DNA of 32,000 bases from Pyrolobus fumarii 1A (GTDB lineage: Archaea > Thermoproteota > Thermoprotei_A > Sulfolobales > Pyrodictiaceae), in NCBI RefSeq assembly GCF_000223395.1, contig NC_015931.1:1290001-1322000 (forward strand), read 5' to 3'. Shown in pieces: positions 9,917-17,031 of this stretch. Position numbers and translations under genes: made by a program. The notes beneath the pieces are model-generated. The model searched no databases and was not told where the DNA came from. It worked only from the letters and a program-made list of their open reading frames with translations. Position 1 is the stretch's first letter. Every line of letters starts with the position of its first letter.

Positions 9917-10543
9917 ATGTCGGCTATATGCCTGGTCACGGGCTTCGCGCATTTCGGCACTAATGTTGTATACGAGCCAAACCCCTCGGGGGAGATCGCT
10001 GAAGAGCTCAACGGCAAGAGTGTCGGCGGGTGCCGCATCCATGGCATAGTCTTGCCGGTGGAGTTCCCACGTGCAAGCGAGATGCTTGTGAGGCTCCTTG
10101 AGGAGCTTGACCCTGCGCTGGTCGTGTCTATGGGGCTCTACTCGCCCGGCGGTAGTCATGTACGTGTTGAGGTCGCTGCTGTCAACGCCTATTGGGATGG
10201 GTCACGGCTTCGTAAGGTAGTGGATGATGCTCCGCTTGGCGAGCCGATTCGCATCCCTGTCGACCCGGTACATGTTGCAAGGGTGTTGAACGAGACAGGT
10301 TTGCGTGCGAGGCCTTCCGCCTCGATAGGACTTTACCTCTGTAATGTTGTGGCTTACCTGGTGTATCGGTGGGGTTGGCGGAAAGGCAGGCCCTCTGTCT
10401 TCCTGCACCTACCCTGGTCTACCAGGCTCGAAGAGAGGCTACGCGAGAGGAGGGAGGGTGTACCAGTCTGGCTTCTTAGGGAGGGGGTTGAGAGGCTTAT
10501 AGCGGCACTGGGGGCGGGCAAGAATGGTAACACCAGTGCTTGA
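9917..10543 (+). CDS. pcp: pyrrolidone-carboxylate (pyroglutamyl) peptidase I
   Basis: 208 aa. It has N-terminal LVTGFAHFG....NPSGE, and the Glu/Cys/His triad contexts RVEVAAVN, GLYLCNVVAY and VFLHLPW. Confidence 0.85.
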   Translation: MSAICLVTGFAHFGTNVVYEPNPSGEIAEELNGKSVGGCRIHGIVLPVEFPRASEMLVRLLEELDPALVVSMGLYSPGGSHVRVEVAAVNAYWDGSRLRKVVDDAPLGEPIRIPVDPVHVARVLNETGLRARPSASIGLYLCNVVAYLVYRWGWRKGRPSVFLHLPWSTRLEERLRERREGVPVWLLREGVERLIAALGAGKNGNTSA

Positions 10544-10940
10544 CGAGCTTGAGGTTCTTGTGAGGGCGCTGGGCCTCGTGTACGCCAGGCAGCGTGACGC
10601 TATCCTCGTGGAGATCGAGGAGGATGGGGAGAGGATAGGCATAGCGATAACGTATGATGAGGTCTCTGATACCGTGCGTGTAGCTGCACCGCTCGACGTA
10701 GAGCCGCTCCCGGAGGCACTATCCTGGTACCTTGAGGAGAACTTCAAGAGCACCACTTACAAGTATGCACTCGACTATGATGGTTTCGTTACCGTTGTGT
10801 ACGACCTGCCTAGGAGGTACATACGCACCGCGAGAGATCTACGAGAGGCTATTGTGAGCGTAGTTAGCGGCGCCAAGAGGGTATTGGAGAGGGTGGAAAG
10901 GCGCGAAGAGACCGAGGAAGGCGGAGAGACCAGCTCTTAG
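10524..10940 (+). CDS. hypothetical acidic protein (possibly a YbjN/secretion-chaperone-like fold)
   Basis: 138-aa ORF overlapping the pcp 3' end by 20 nt, with normal composition and an acidic C-terminal tail (EETEEGGETSS). The fold suggestion is only a pattern-level impression. Confidence 0.5.
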   Translation: MVTPVLDELEVLVRALGLVYARQRDAILVEIEEDGERIGIAITYDEVSDTVRVAAPLDVEPLPEALSWYLEENFKSTTYKYALDYDGFVTVVYDLPRRYIRTARDLREAIVSVVSGAKRVLERVERREETEEGGETSS

Positions 10941-11320
10941 ATAGGCTTGCACCTAGCTGCACCACGTGCAACGCTACATATTCTTCCGCGGCTATTTTCA
11001 AGCCCGGGATCTATCTCGTGAAGCCATATGCTAGGCGGCTTTACTCTCACACCATCCTCGTCACGCTCAACTATCTCGCTCAGCTCGAGCTTATCCAGCA
11101 GCATGACATCCTCTAGTATAACTGCTTCGAAGCTATGCTCCGCACTATCAACATGATAGACTAGTGCGCCAGCCCTTGAAGGCACCAGGCCTAGTAGGGT
11201 ACGCGAGTCCAGGTCACTCACCTCAACGGTGTCTCCATCCCTACGCACAATAAGCCCCAGCTCTGCAGCCTCCTCTACAGCACTCTTCTCTCCACGTAGC
11301 AACCCGCCTAGGCTAGCCAA
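10937..11320 (-). CDS. hypothetical protein
   Basis: 127-aa ORF downstream of, and on the same strand as, the tandem-HTH gene. Its stop overlaps the convergent ORF's stop (TTAG). No motif recognised. Confidence 0.45.
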   Translation of the reverse strand: MASLGGLLRGEKSAVEEAAELGLIVRRDGDTVEVSDLDSRTLLGLVPSRAGALVYHVDSAEHSFEAVILEDVMLLDKLELSEIVERDEDGVRVKPPSIWLHEIDPGLENSRGRICSVARGAARCKPI

Positions 11321-11404
11321 CCCTCTACACGCTCCAGCAGACGAATCTGAGATGGTGAGACCAGTTAATGCTTGCCTAGCGGGGGTCAGCCGCAGGAAAG
11401 CTCC

Positions 11405-11764
11405 TCATCCTTTCGGGTAGCCGATGCGGGCTTCTCCATCCCCCTTGTTATCGAGTAGCCCCATACGCTTAAGTGCATAGTATACGGTTGAGGCGGGTCT
11501 GCCTAGTCTCTTCGCTATCGAGTATATCGTCTCGCCACGCATCCACAATTCCCTGATTTCTTTCAGCTCCATCTCTGTTAGCCTACCGCGATGCTTGTAG
11601 CTACCTCTCCTTGCGGGCCCAACACCATACCTCCTAAGCACAGAGTATATCCTGTAATACCCCACGCCGAGCTTCTCAACAATCATCCGTACCGGCACAC
11701 CCTCCGTATACATCCTCACAATCTCCTCGTCAATCTTACTAGCACTACGCCCGCCTACGCTCAA
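11405..11764 (-). CDS. small DNA-binding protein with two tandem helix-turn-helix units
   Basis: 119 aa with an internal duplication: IVRMYTEGVPVRMIVEKLGVGYYRIYSVLRRYGV and IRELWMRGETIYSIAKRLGRPASTVYYALKRMGL. This is the resolvase/IS30-type HTH pattern (..G.S...IA..LGR..STV...L.R). Confidence 0.65.
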   Translation of the reverse strand: MSVGGRSASKIDEEIVRMYTEGVPVRMIVEKLGVGYYRIYSVLRRYGVGPARRGSYKHRGRLTEMELKEIRELWMRGETIYSIAKRLGRPASTVYYALKRMGLLDNKGDGEARIGYPKG

Positions 11765-11810
11765 TCCACGTGCACCACTCCCTGCAACACCTGCCGTACA
11801 TATAACGAGG

Positions 11811-11830
11811 GTTGAACGGCTTCATTCAAC
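11811..11830. promoter_or_regulatory. inverted repeat GTTGAA-N8-TTCAAC in the divergent promoter region between the tandem-HTH gene and the trpC-like gene
   Basis: Read directly: gttgaa at 11811-11816 and ttcaac at 11825-11830. A TATA-like CATATAA lies at about 11799-11805. Confidence 0.3.
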
Positions 11831-11846
11831 CCCCGGGGCTCGGGAC

Positions 11847-12602
11847 GTGGACTTCCTGGATAGAGTGACTAGTGCAACACTGGAATGGAGGTGCAAGACT
11901 AGCTTCAAGCCAAGGTATCGATTCGTAGAGTCGCTGTGGAGGGGTTGGAGGGAGCGTGGACTAGCAATCATAGGTGAGTTTAAGAGGTGTGCACCAGGAC
12001 GGTTTGTCGGTCTCCACGAGCCGTGGGAGTATGCAAAGAAGCTAGCTCCATACGTTGACGCCTTTTCTGTGCTCACGGAGCCCTTCTGGTTCTGCGGTTC
12101 GCCTGCCCTCATACCGTTGTTCGCGCAACATCGCCCCGTACTCGCCAAGGACTTCACGGTATGCACTGGAATGCTGGCTGAGTTCGCTGATGCTGGGGCT
12201 TCGGCCGTCCTCCTCATCCTCGACCAGCTGGGGTGGCGCAGGCTCGACGAGTTGTACTCCGAGGCGCGCTCCATGGATCTAGACGCTCTGATAGAGACTA
12301 GTAGTTGGCGCGATGCTGTGGAAGTAGCGTCTAGTTATCCGGAAGCCGCGGTGGGCATAAACGCGCGCAACCTTAGGACTCTCGAGTTGAGCTTCGAGAA
12401 GCTGCTAGACGATATACGCAAGGCGGCGGATAGAATAGGCGAGAAGACGATGCTAGTTGCAGAGAGCAGCGTGGATGCCGTCGAAAAGGCGCTTGTACTC
12501 AAAGATGCTGGTGCTAAGGCCGTTCTCGTCGGGACATGGTTCATGAGAGATCCTGATGCAGCGAGAAGACTCAGTGAGGAGCTGGCAAAACGGGTCGGCT
12601 GA
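11847..12602 (+). CDS. trpC: indole-3-glycerol-phosphate synthase-like protein
   Basis: 251 aa with a GTG start. IGPS active-site contexts appear in the right order: IIGEFKRCAPG, SVLTEPFWFCGS, PVLAKDF, ALIETSS, VGINARNLRT, LVAESSV, VLVGTWFM. Confidence 0.75.
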   Translation: MDFLDRVTSATLEWRCKTSFKPRYRFVESLWRGWRERGLAIIGEFKRCAPGRFVGLHEPWEYAKKLAPYVDAFSVLTEPFWFCGSPALIPLFAQHRPVLAKDFTVCTGMLAEFADAGASAVLLILDQLGWRRLDELYSEARSMDLDALIETSSWRDAVEVASSYPEAAVGINARNLRTLELSFEKLLDDIRKAADRIGEKTMLVAESSVDAVEKALVLKDAGAKAVLVGTWFMRDPDAARRLSEELAKRVG

Positions 12603-12719
12603 CCGTTTACTCTTCACGGCCTAGTGGGGCTCAGCACCGGGGTATCCACATCCCCCAGTATCAGTAATCCTTGGAGGGGCTGAAACGTTAAACTTACAGT
12701 ACCAGTATCGGCCAGGAAC

Positions 12720-12751
12720 GATAAAATACCTAACTTCAACAATTGTTGAAG
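12720..12751 (+). promoter_or_regulatory. TATA-like box (GATAAAATA) followed by a perfect 18-bp palindrome CTTCAACAATTGTTGAAG
   Basis: The palindrome at 12734-12751 was read directly (cttcaacaa|ttgttgaag). It sits between the A/T box at 12720-12728 and the ATPase start codons at 12762 (GTG) and 12768 (ATG), about where transcription should begin. Confidence 0.5.
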
Positions 12752-12761
12752 CATAATTAGG

Positions 12762-13718
12762 GTGTGCATGCTGGGTGTCGCAGTAGTGAAGAAGCCTGGA
12801 ATTGCGCTACTAGGCCGCGAGGCTGAGCTGAACAAGATAATGGAGTACATAAACGCACAGCATGCTCATCGTGTACTAGTGATGTGGGGTCCTATAGGGT
12901 CCGGTCGTTCTACCTTGCTACGCGCTGCGCTACACATGTCTAACGCTGTGGTGAAATACTATGCTGATTTCAGCCCGGCACCTAAGCCACTAGGCATTGA
13001 GGATGTAATCGAGGAGGTGAATTGCTATGGACGTGAAGATGAATGCCTGAGAAGTGCCATTTCAACGACGTTACACGAGGCAAAGGAGAGGAGTGGAAAG
13101 ATACTCATCGCGATTGACGGCATGGTATGCGATGGTAGAGCTGGATCCCCTTGCACCCTGCCACTCCTTATACGCAACCTGGCTAGGCTGGTAGAGACTT
13201 ACAGTGATAAGCTGCGAGTCATACTCTCAATAGATGATTCTGAAGCCGTGCTTGACTTGGGCACTGTAGCCGAGTATATTGATACGCTCATAGTTAATGG
13301 CTTGCCTCCAAGCGCGGCACGCGAGTTCGTAAGGCGCGAGGCTGAACATGCAAACATACCTCTAAGCGACGACCAGGTAAATGATGTTGTAGCCGCAACG
13401 GGCGGCTTACCATTCCACATGCTCGTTGTTATACACGAATACCGTGGTAACCTCGATGCATGGATGAAGGATGTCGAGAGTAGACTGCGGTGGAAACTAG
13501 CGCTAATAGCCTCAACGATGGGCACCAACGTGCGCGAAGCTGCCAAAGGTATCCTGGACCTAGTCCACAAGCCGGTTACTCTCGTACCAAGACACGCCTA
13601 TAACCTGTTGAGACTGGCACTCCGCACTAACATAGCGTACTTGTCAAGGAATGAAGTGATAGCACTCCAACTACCCGTGTATCGCGGTATCCTACACCGC
13701 ATAGCCTATGGCACTTGA
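12762..13718 (+). CDS. archaeal-ATPase-type (STAND/ORC-related) P-loop NTPase
   Basis: 318 aa. It has LLGREAELNKI upstream of the Walker A GPIGSGRSTLL, and a Walker B-like KILIAIDGM. The DNA is visibly more A/T-rich than its neighbours. Confidence 0.75.
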   Translation: MCMLGVAVVKKPGIALLGREAELNKIMEYINAQHAHRVLVMWGPIGSGRSTLLRAALHMSNAVVKYYADFSPAPKPLGIEDVIEEVNCYGREDECLRSAISTTLHEAKERSGKILIAIDGMVCDGRAGSPCTLPLLIRNLARLVETYSDKLRVILSIDDSEAVLDLGTVAEYIDTLIVNGLPPSAAREFVRREAEHANIPLSDDQVNDVVAATGGLPFHMLVVIHEYRGNLDAWMKDVESRLRWKLALIASTMGTNVREAAKGILDLVHKPVTLVPRHAYNLLRLALRTNIAYLSRNEVIALQLPVYRGILHRIAYGT

Positions 13719-13727
13719 CGGTACACA

Positions 13728-13787
13728 CGCCGATGATGACGCCGTGAACTGCAGAGATAATGAAGAGTCGAGACGGAGCTGAGGCGG
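13728..13787 (+). ncRNA. box C/D sRNA candidate (2'-O-methylation guide)
   Basis: Layout: C box AUGAUGA (13733-13739), 12-nt spacer cgccgtgaactg, D' CAGA (13752-13755), 4 nt, C' AUGAAGA (13760-13766), 12-nt spacer gtcgagacggag, D box CUGA (13779-13782). A terminal stem pairs CGCC (13728-13731) with GGCG (13783-13786). It lies in a convergent intergenic gap 10 nt after the ATPase stop. Confidence 0.62.
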
Positions 13788-13819
13788 GTCGGTACAGGCG
13801 GGTCTATCCCCACCGGCGT

Positions 13820-14275
13820 CTAGCCTCGGGAGTGCAAGGGGTCCTCATCCCCCTGGCTAGCCACTTTTTCGGATAACTTTATGCTCTTGAGCTTCACATC
13901 AAGCCCTTTCACTACCTCTATGCTTCGCGAGCCACACAAGGGGCATTTTAGTATCTCATATATCTTGTCTGGTGCAAAATGCACGTATAGCTTTACCTCG
14001 TCATCAAGATTTTCAACGCTTATCTGCCACTCGTGGCCGCACGACCTACACGCAAGTTTAGGCGGGACTATCTCCACGTTGAAACGAGCGCCCTCGAGAC
14101 GCGTGCCTCGAGACATAACTTCAAGCGCAAATTTTAGGCTCACAACATCCACCAGAGCCATTGCCCCGACTTCGATGACAAGCTCCTCTACCTTGACATC
14201 CTCGGGCACGCTATGCTCGCGTAGCACGTCTTCAGCAGCCTTCAATATTGCATACGCAATGCTAGCTTCGTGCAG
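13820..14275 (-). CDS. hypA: hydrogenase nickel-insertion protein HypA (start placed at CTG 14275; the canonical-start ORF would begin at TTG 14245)
   Basis: It has the zinc-site CxxC pairs CRSCGHEW and CPLCGS. The upstream in-frame codons CTG-CAC-GAA-GCT-AGC-ATT-GCG give (M)HEASIAYAIL, which matches the conserved HypA MHE N-terminus. GGAGGTG lies 7 nt upstream. Confidence 0.88.
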   Translation of the reverse strand: MHEASIAYAILKAAEDVLREHSVPEDVKVEELVIEVGAMALVDVVSLKFALEVMSRGTRLEGARFNVEIVPPKLACRSCGHEWQISVENLDDEVKLYVHFAPDKIYEILKCPLCGSRSIEVVKGLDVKLKSIKLSEKVASQGDEDPLHSRG

Positions 14276-14534
14276 ACGACTCCACCTCCGAGAGGCGCTC
14301 CTCGATCAGCCTATCCATCTCATCTAGCAGTCTTCTCCACGCTTGTAACGCTTCCTCGGCCGCCTGCGGATCTAGCCTTGACACTGCAACACCCGCGTGC
14401 ACAACAACGTAGTCTCCCGGCTTCACATCTGGTATGAAGCTCACGTCAACCTCTCTCTGTATGCCACCAAAGTCTACAAGAGCTAGGCCCTCCTCGAGGA
14501 TCTTTACGACGCGCCCCGGTACACCCAAGCACAT
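14262..14534 (-). CDS. hypC: hydrogenase maturation protein HypC
   Basis: The start is trimmed to the ATG at 14534 so that the protein begins MCLGVPGRVV, the invariant HypC N-terminal Cys motif. About 90 aa; overlaps hypA by 14 nt. Confidence 0.9.
   Translation of the reverse strand: MCLGVPGRVVKILEEGLALVDFGGIQREVDVSFIPDVKPGDYVVVHAGVAVSRLDPQAAEEALQAWRRLLDEMDRLIEERLSEVESSARS
14283..14289 (-). promoter_or_regulatory. Shine-Dalgarno GGAGGTG for hypA, inside the hypC 3' end
   Basis: The plus strand reads cacctcc at 14283-14289. This lies 7 nt upstream of the CTG at 14275-14273. Confidence 0.6.
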
Positions 14535-14725
14535 GATACCCAACCATATGCGTTCTTAGAGAATCACGGGGCGTCTAATAGGCTGCGGCCCTTCCACATC
14601 CCAGGCCCGGGTTCGGAGGCCGCAGGACCTCGGGGCGAGGGGGCCTTCAGTCATCCGCCCCCTTGTACACCTCGAGGGTTAGCCGGGGCTTTATACTCTC
14701 GTGGCTCCCCTGGTGCGGGGGGACA

Positions 14726-15400
14726 GTGAGCAGACCATCAATCGTCGTGAAGATCTCGGGGAAGCTCGTGGAGGATACGGGGTCTCTCCAGGGCCTTGTG
14801 GGCGTCCTACGCGAGTTGATAAACGAGTATCGCGTGGCTATCGTGGTCGGCGGTGGTAGACTTGCCCGCAAGTACGTCTCCTTCCTAGGCTCGCTCCAGG
14901 CGCCCAAATCGCTCATGGATATTGCGGGTATTGAGGCATCTAGGTTCTACGCTAGGGTTCTCGCCCTGGCGCTTGGCTCTACCGCACCCGTGCCCCGCAG
15001 CTACGAAGAGTTCCTGACACAACTGGCAACTGGCGTCAACCCCATAGTTGCTGGTGGATTCCAACCGGGCCAGTCCACCACGGCGGTTGCCGCGCTCATA
15101 GCCGAGGCTATGAGAGCCGAAAGGCTAGTCATAGCCACTGTAGTCGACGGCGTGTTTGACCGCGACCCTGCTAAACACCCAGATGCTAAGCTGTTCCCCC
15201 GCCTCTCTATCACAGAAGCTCTACGCGTCATAGAGTCTAGCACAGAGCCGGGACGCTACGAGCTCCTAGAGCCATACGCAGCGAGTATATTGCAGCGCTC
15301 TGGTACACGTGTCTACATAGTGAATGGTCGTCACCCAGAGCGCGTGCTTGAGGCCGCCAGAGGCGGTGAGCCGATAGGCACCCTACTGACCCCCGACTAG
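14726..15400 (+). CDS. pyrH: uridylate (UMP) kinase, archaeal type
   Basis: It has the IVVKISGKLVED, VAIVVGGGRLARKY and AGGFQPGQSTTAVAALIAEA motifs. The GTG at 14726 gives the usual short N-terminus, whereas the ORF track's 14663 TTG adds 21 atypical residues. Confidence 0.88.
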   Translation: MSRPSIVVKISGKLVEDTGSLQGLVGVLRELINEYRVAIVVGGGRLARKYVSFLGSLQAPKSLMDIAGIEASRFYARVLALALGSTAPVPRSYEEFLTQLATGVNPIVAGGFQPGQSTTAVAALIAEAMRAERLVIATVVDGVFDRDPAKHPDAKLFPRLSITEALRVIESSTEPGRYELLEPYAASILQRSGTRVYIVNGRHPERVLEAARGGEPIGTLLTPD

Positions 15401-15485
15401 ACGGCGATGAGGAGGATTGGTCTTAGCGACTGGTGAGCGAGGGAACGAAAGCCGAGCCCCACACTCTACCCATAACTTTCAACTC

Positions 15486-15519
15486 TTTATAGGGGATGGC
15501 TGTTAAACACATGTTAACA
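15486..15519 (+). promoter_or_regulatory. TATA box TTTATA plus inverted repeat TGTTAA-N7-TTAACA upstream of the 453-aa secreted-protein gene
   Basis: tttata lies at 15486-15491, with tgttaa at 15501-15506 and ttaaca at 15514-15519. A GGGGGTG Shine-Dalgarno-like element at 15524-15530 sits 5 nt before the TTG at 15536. Confidence 0.45.
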
Positions 15520-15535
15520 TATTGGGGGTGCAGCC

Positions 15536-16897
15536 TTGCAGAGGTACTCGAAATCGGCGTCTTCAACGGTGCTCGCGGTGCTACTATTGATGCTACTCGC
15601 TAGCCTCGCAGTGACATTGCTGGCGTTGAGACTCTACCCCCAAGCTTCGAAGCCCGCCAGTCCACCAAAGTTATCTGAGGTGAAAGTTGAGGCCGTGAAA
15701 GCTTACGCGGTAGAAGGCTTCGGCACATTCATTGGCATCTTTGAGAGGAATATCGGCGATACTAGTGTGCCTATTGCAGAGCTTGAGGAGAGGGGCATAG
15801 CTGTATACGTCTACAACTGGCGTGGCGATCTAGTCGCAGTGAACACGAGCGCCAGGGTAGTGCGTGAGGGCGTGCCTGATGGAGTATGGGAGCCCGGCGA
15901 GCTAATAGTTGTTGAGGCTTTCGTGCCAGTCGTGCTGAGCGGTGCTAGACTAGCTGTTGCTGATAACATACCATCTGGATACATTATACTTGAGAGGATG
16001 AGGACAGGCAGCGGCTCCATAACTATCAGTGCTAAGCTGCCTTTCAGCAACATTCGTGTCGTTGAGGGAGCTGCGACAAAGACTGTGTTAGGGTGCGGAC
16101 TTATACTCCGCGACGCAAGGCTCAGCATACTACCTGGCTCGTCATTCGAGGGTGGCGTGTTGAAAAGCGATAAGAAGGTCAGAGGTATTATCGGTGACGA
16201 TCTTGTCAAGATCGAGGCTATATTGCAACCCGTCGACGCTACGGGAAGCGTGACGCTAGAGACCAGCCACATGTATGGCATACCGAACGATATAGTGTAT
16301 CACTATGTGCAGGTAGATTCCTACACCTCCATTAGCGTCAACGACGGCACTGTAGCATCGCGGCTGGATAGCCTCTTGTTACTGACACCCGATAGCACCA
16401 GCTCCAACTCGAACAGCAAAACAACTACAATCGCGCCCAGCAAAACCTACGACGTAGTGTACAGCGTCAAGCTGCTCAAAGCGTATAAGTGTAGTTTTGA
16501 AACTATCCAGAACGGTCAAAAGGTTAAGACTAAAGGAGTCTGCGCAGACCTCGCAATAGACATTATGGTTAACGGCGAAGTAGTAAACTCGATTACTGTT
16601 GACAACGTGCTTCTCAGCGGAGAAGCAAAGAGCAAGGGCAAGTCTGGTAAGAAGGTAGAATTGCCTTACACGCTAGTATTGGATAGAAGTGAGCTGAGTT
16701 TCACCGGCACGACATTCATACTGAAGAGCTTGAAGGTAGAGCTGACGATGATCGATGATAGGGGCGATGTATCCAAGTTGAGCTACGCCTATACCGGTGG
16801 TGATACACTACCGTCTTGGCTGAGCATCGTAGGTTACTACAAGTTGGGATGCATAGAGGTGACGGGCACGACATTCACGCCGCCATGGAGGGGGTAG
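15536..16897 (+). CDS. secreted or cell-surface protein with a type-IV-pilin-like (class III) N-terminal signal; function unknown
   Basis: 453 aa. The N-terminus MQRYSKSASSTVLAVLLLMLLASLAVTLLALRLY has a basic head, a small residue, then about 22 hydrophobic residues, like archaeal pilin/flagellin-type prepeptides. The rest is beta-rich with a Ser/Thr/Asn linker (TPDSTSSNSNSKTTT). The 3' half is visibly A/T-richer. Confidence 0.68.
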   Translation: MQRYSKSASSTVLAVLLLMLLASLAVTLLALRLYPQASKPASPPKLSEVKVEAVKAYAVEGFGTFIGIFERNIGDTSVPIAELEERGIAVYVYNWRGDLVAVNTSARVVREGVPDGVWEPGELIVVEAFVPVVLSGARLAVADNIPSGYIILERMRTGSGSITISAKLPFSNIRVVEGAATKTVLGCGLILRDARLSILPGSSFEGGVLKSDKKVRGIIGDDLVKIEAILQPVDATGSVTLETSHMYGIPNDIVYHYVQVDSYTSISVNDGTVASRLDSLLLLTPDSTSSNSNSKTTTIAPSKTYDVVYSVKLLKAYKCSFETIQNGQKVKTKGVCADLAIDIMVNGEVVNSITVDNVLLSGEAKSKGKSGKKVELPYTLVLDRSELSFTGTTFILKSLKVELTMIDDRGDVSKLSYAYTGGDTLPSWLSIVGYYKLGCIEVTGTTFTPPWRG

Positions 16898-17031
16898 GGG
16901 CGGGTCGGCCCTCAGGGAATTCATCACCTATCGGCTAGGTGTTGGCTCCTCACTCCCGCCGTTATACGCGTGTGAGGGGCACGGCTTCTAATCAGCTAGC
17001 ACTGGGTCGTCCTAGGCGCTGGGTGTCTGCA

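Noticed and set aside
11405-11764. Tandem-HTH ORF as a remnant of an IS30/IS630 transposase (mobile element)
   Set aside because: There is no DDE catalytic region, no terminal inverted repeats and no target-site duplication visible in the flanks. The downstream 127-aa ORF shows no transposase motif.
11822-12274. 150-aa minus-strand ORF competing with the trpC-like gene
   Set aside because: The plus-strand frame carries the ordered IGPS active-site motifs. The minus-strand product is Ser/Ala/Arg-rich with no motif.
13881-14327. 148-aa plus-strand ORF across hypA/hypC
   Set aside because: It is antisense to two genes with diagnostic motifs (MCLGVPG, MHE, and CxxC...CxxC). The product is Ser/Thr-rich low complexity.
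14583-14625. 8-bp inverted repeat CTGCGGCC...GGCCGCAG in the hypC/pyrH divergent region
   Set aside because: GC-rich 8-mers pair by chance fairly often in GC-rich spacers. There is no second line of evidence such as position relative to a clear TATA box, so it is not promoted to a feature.
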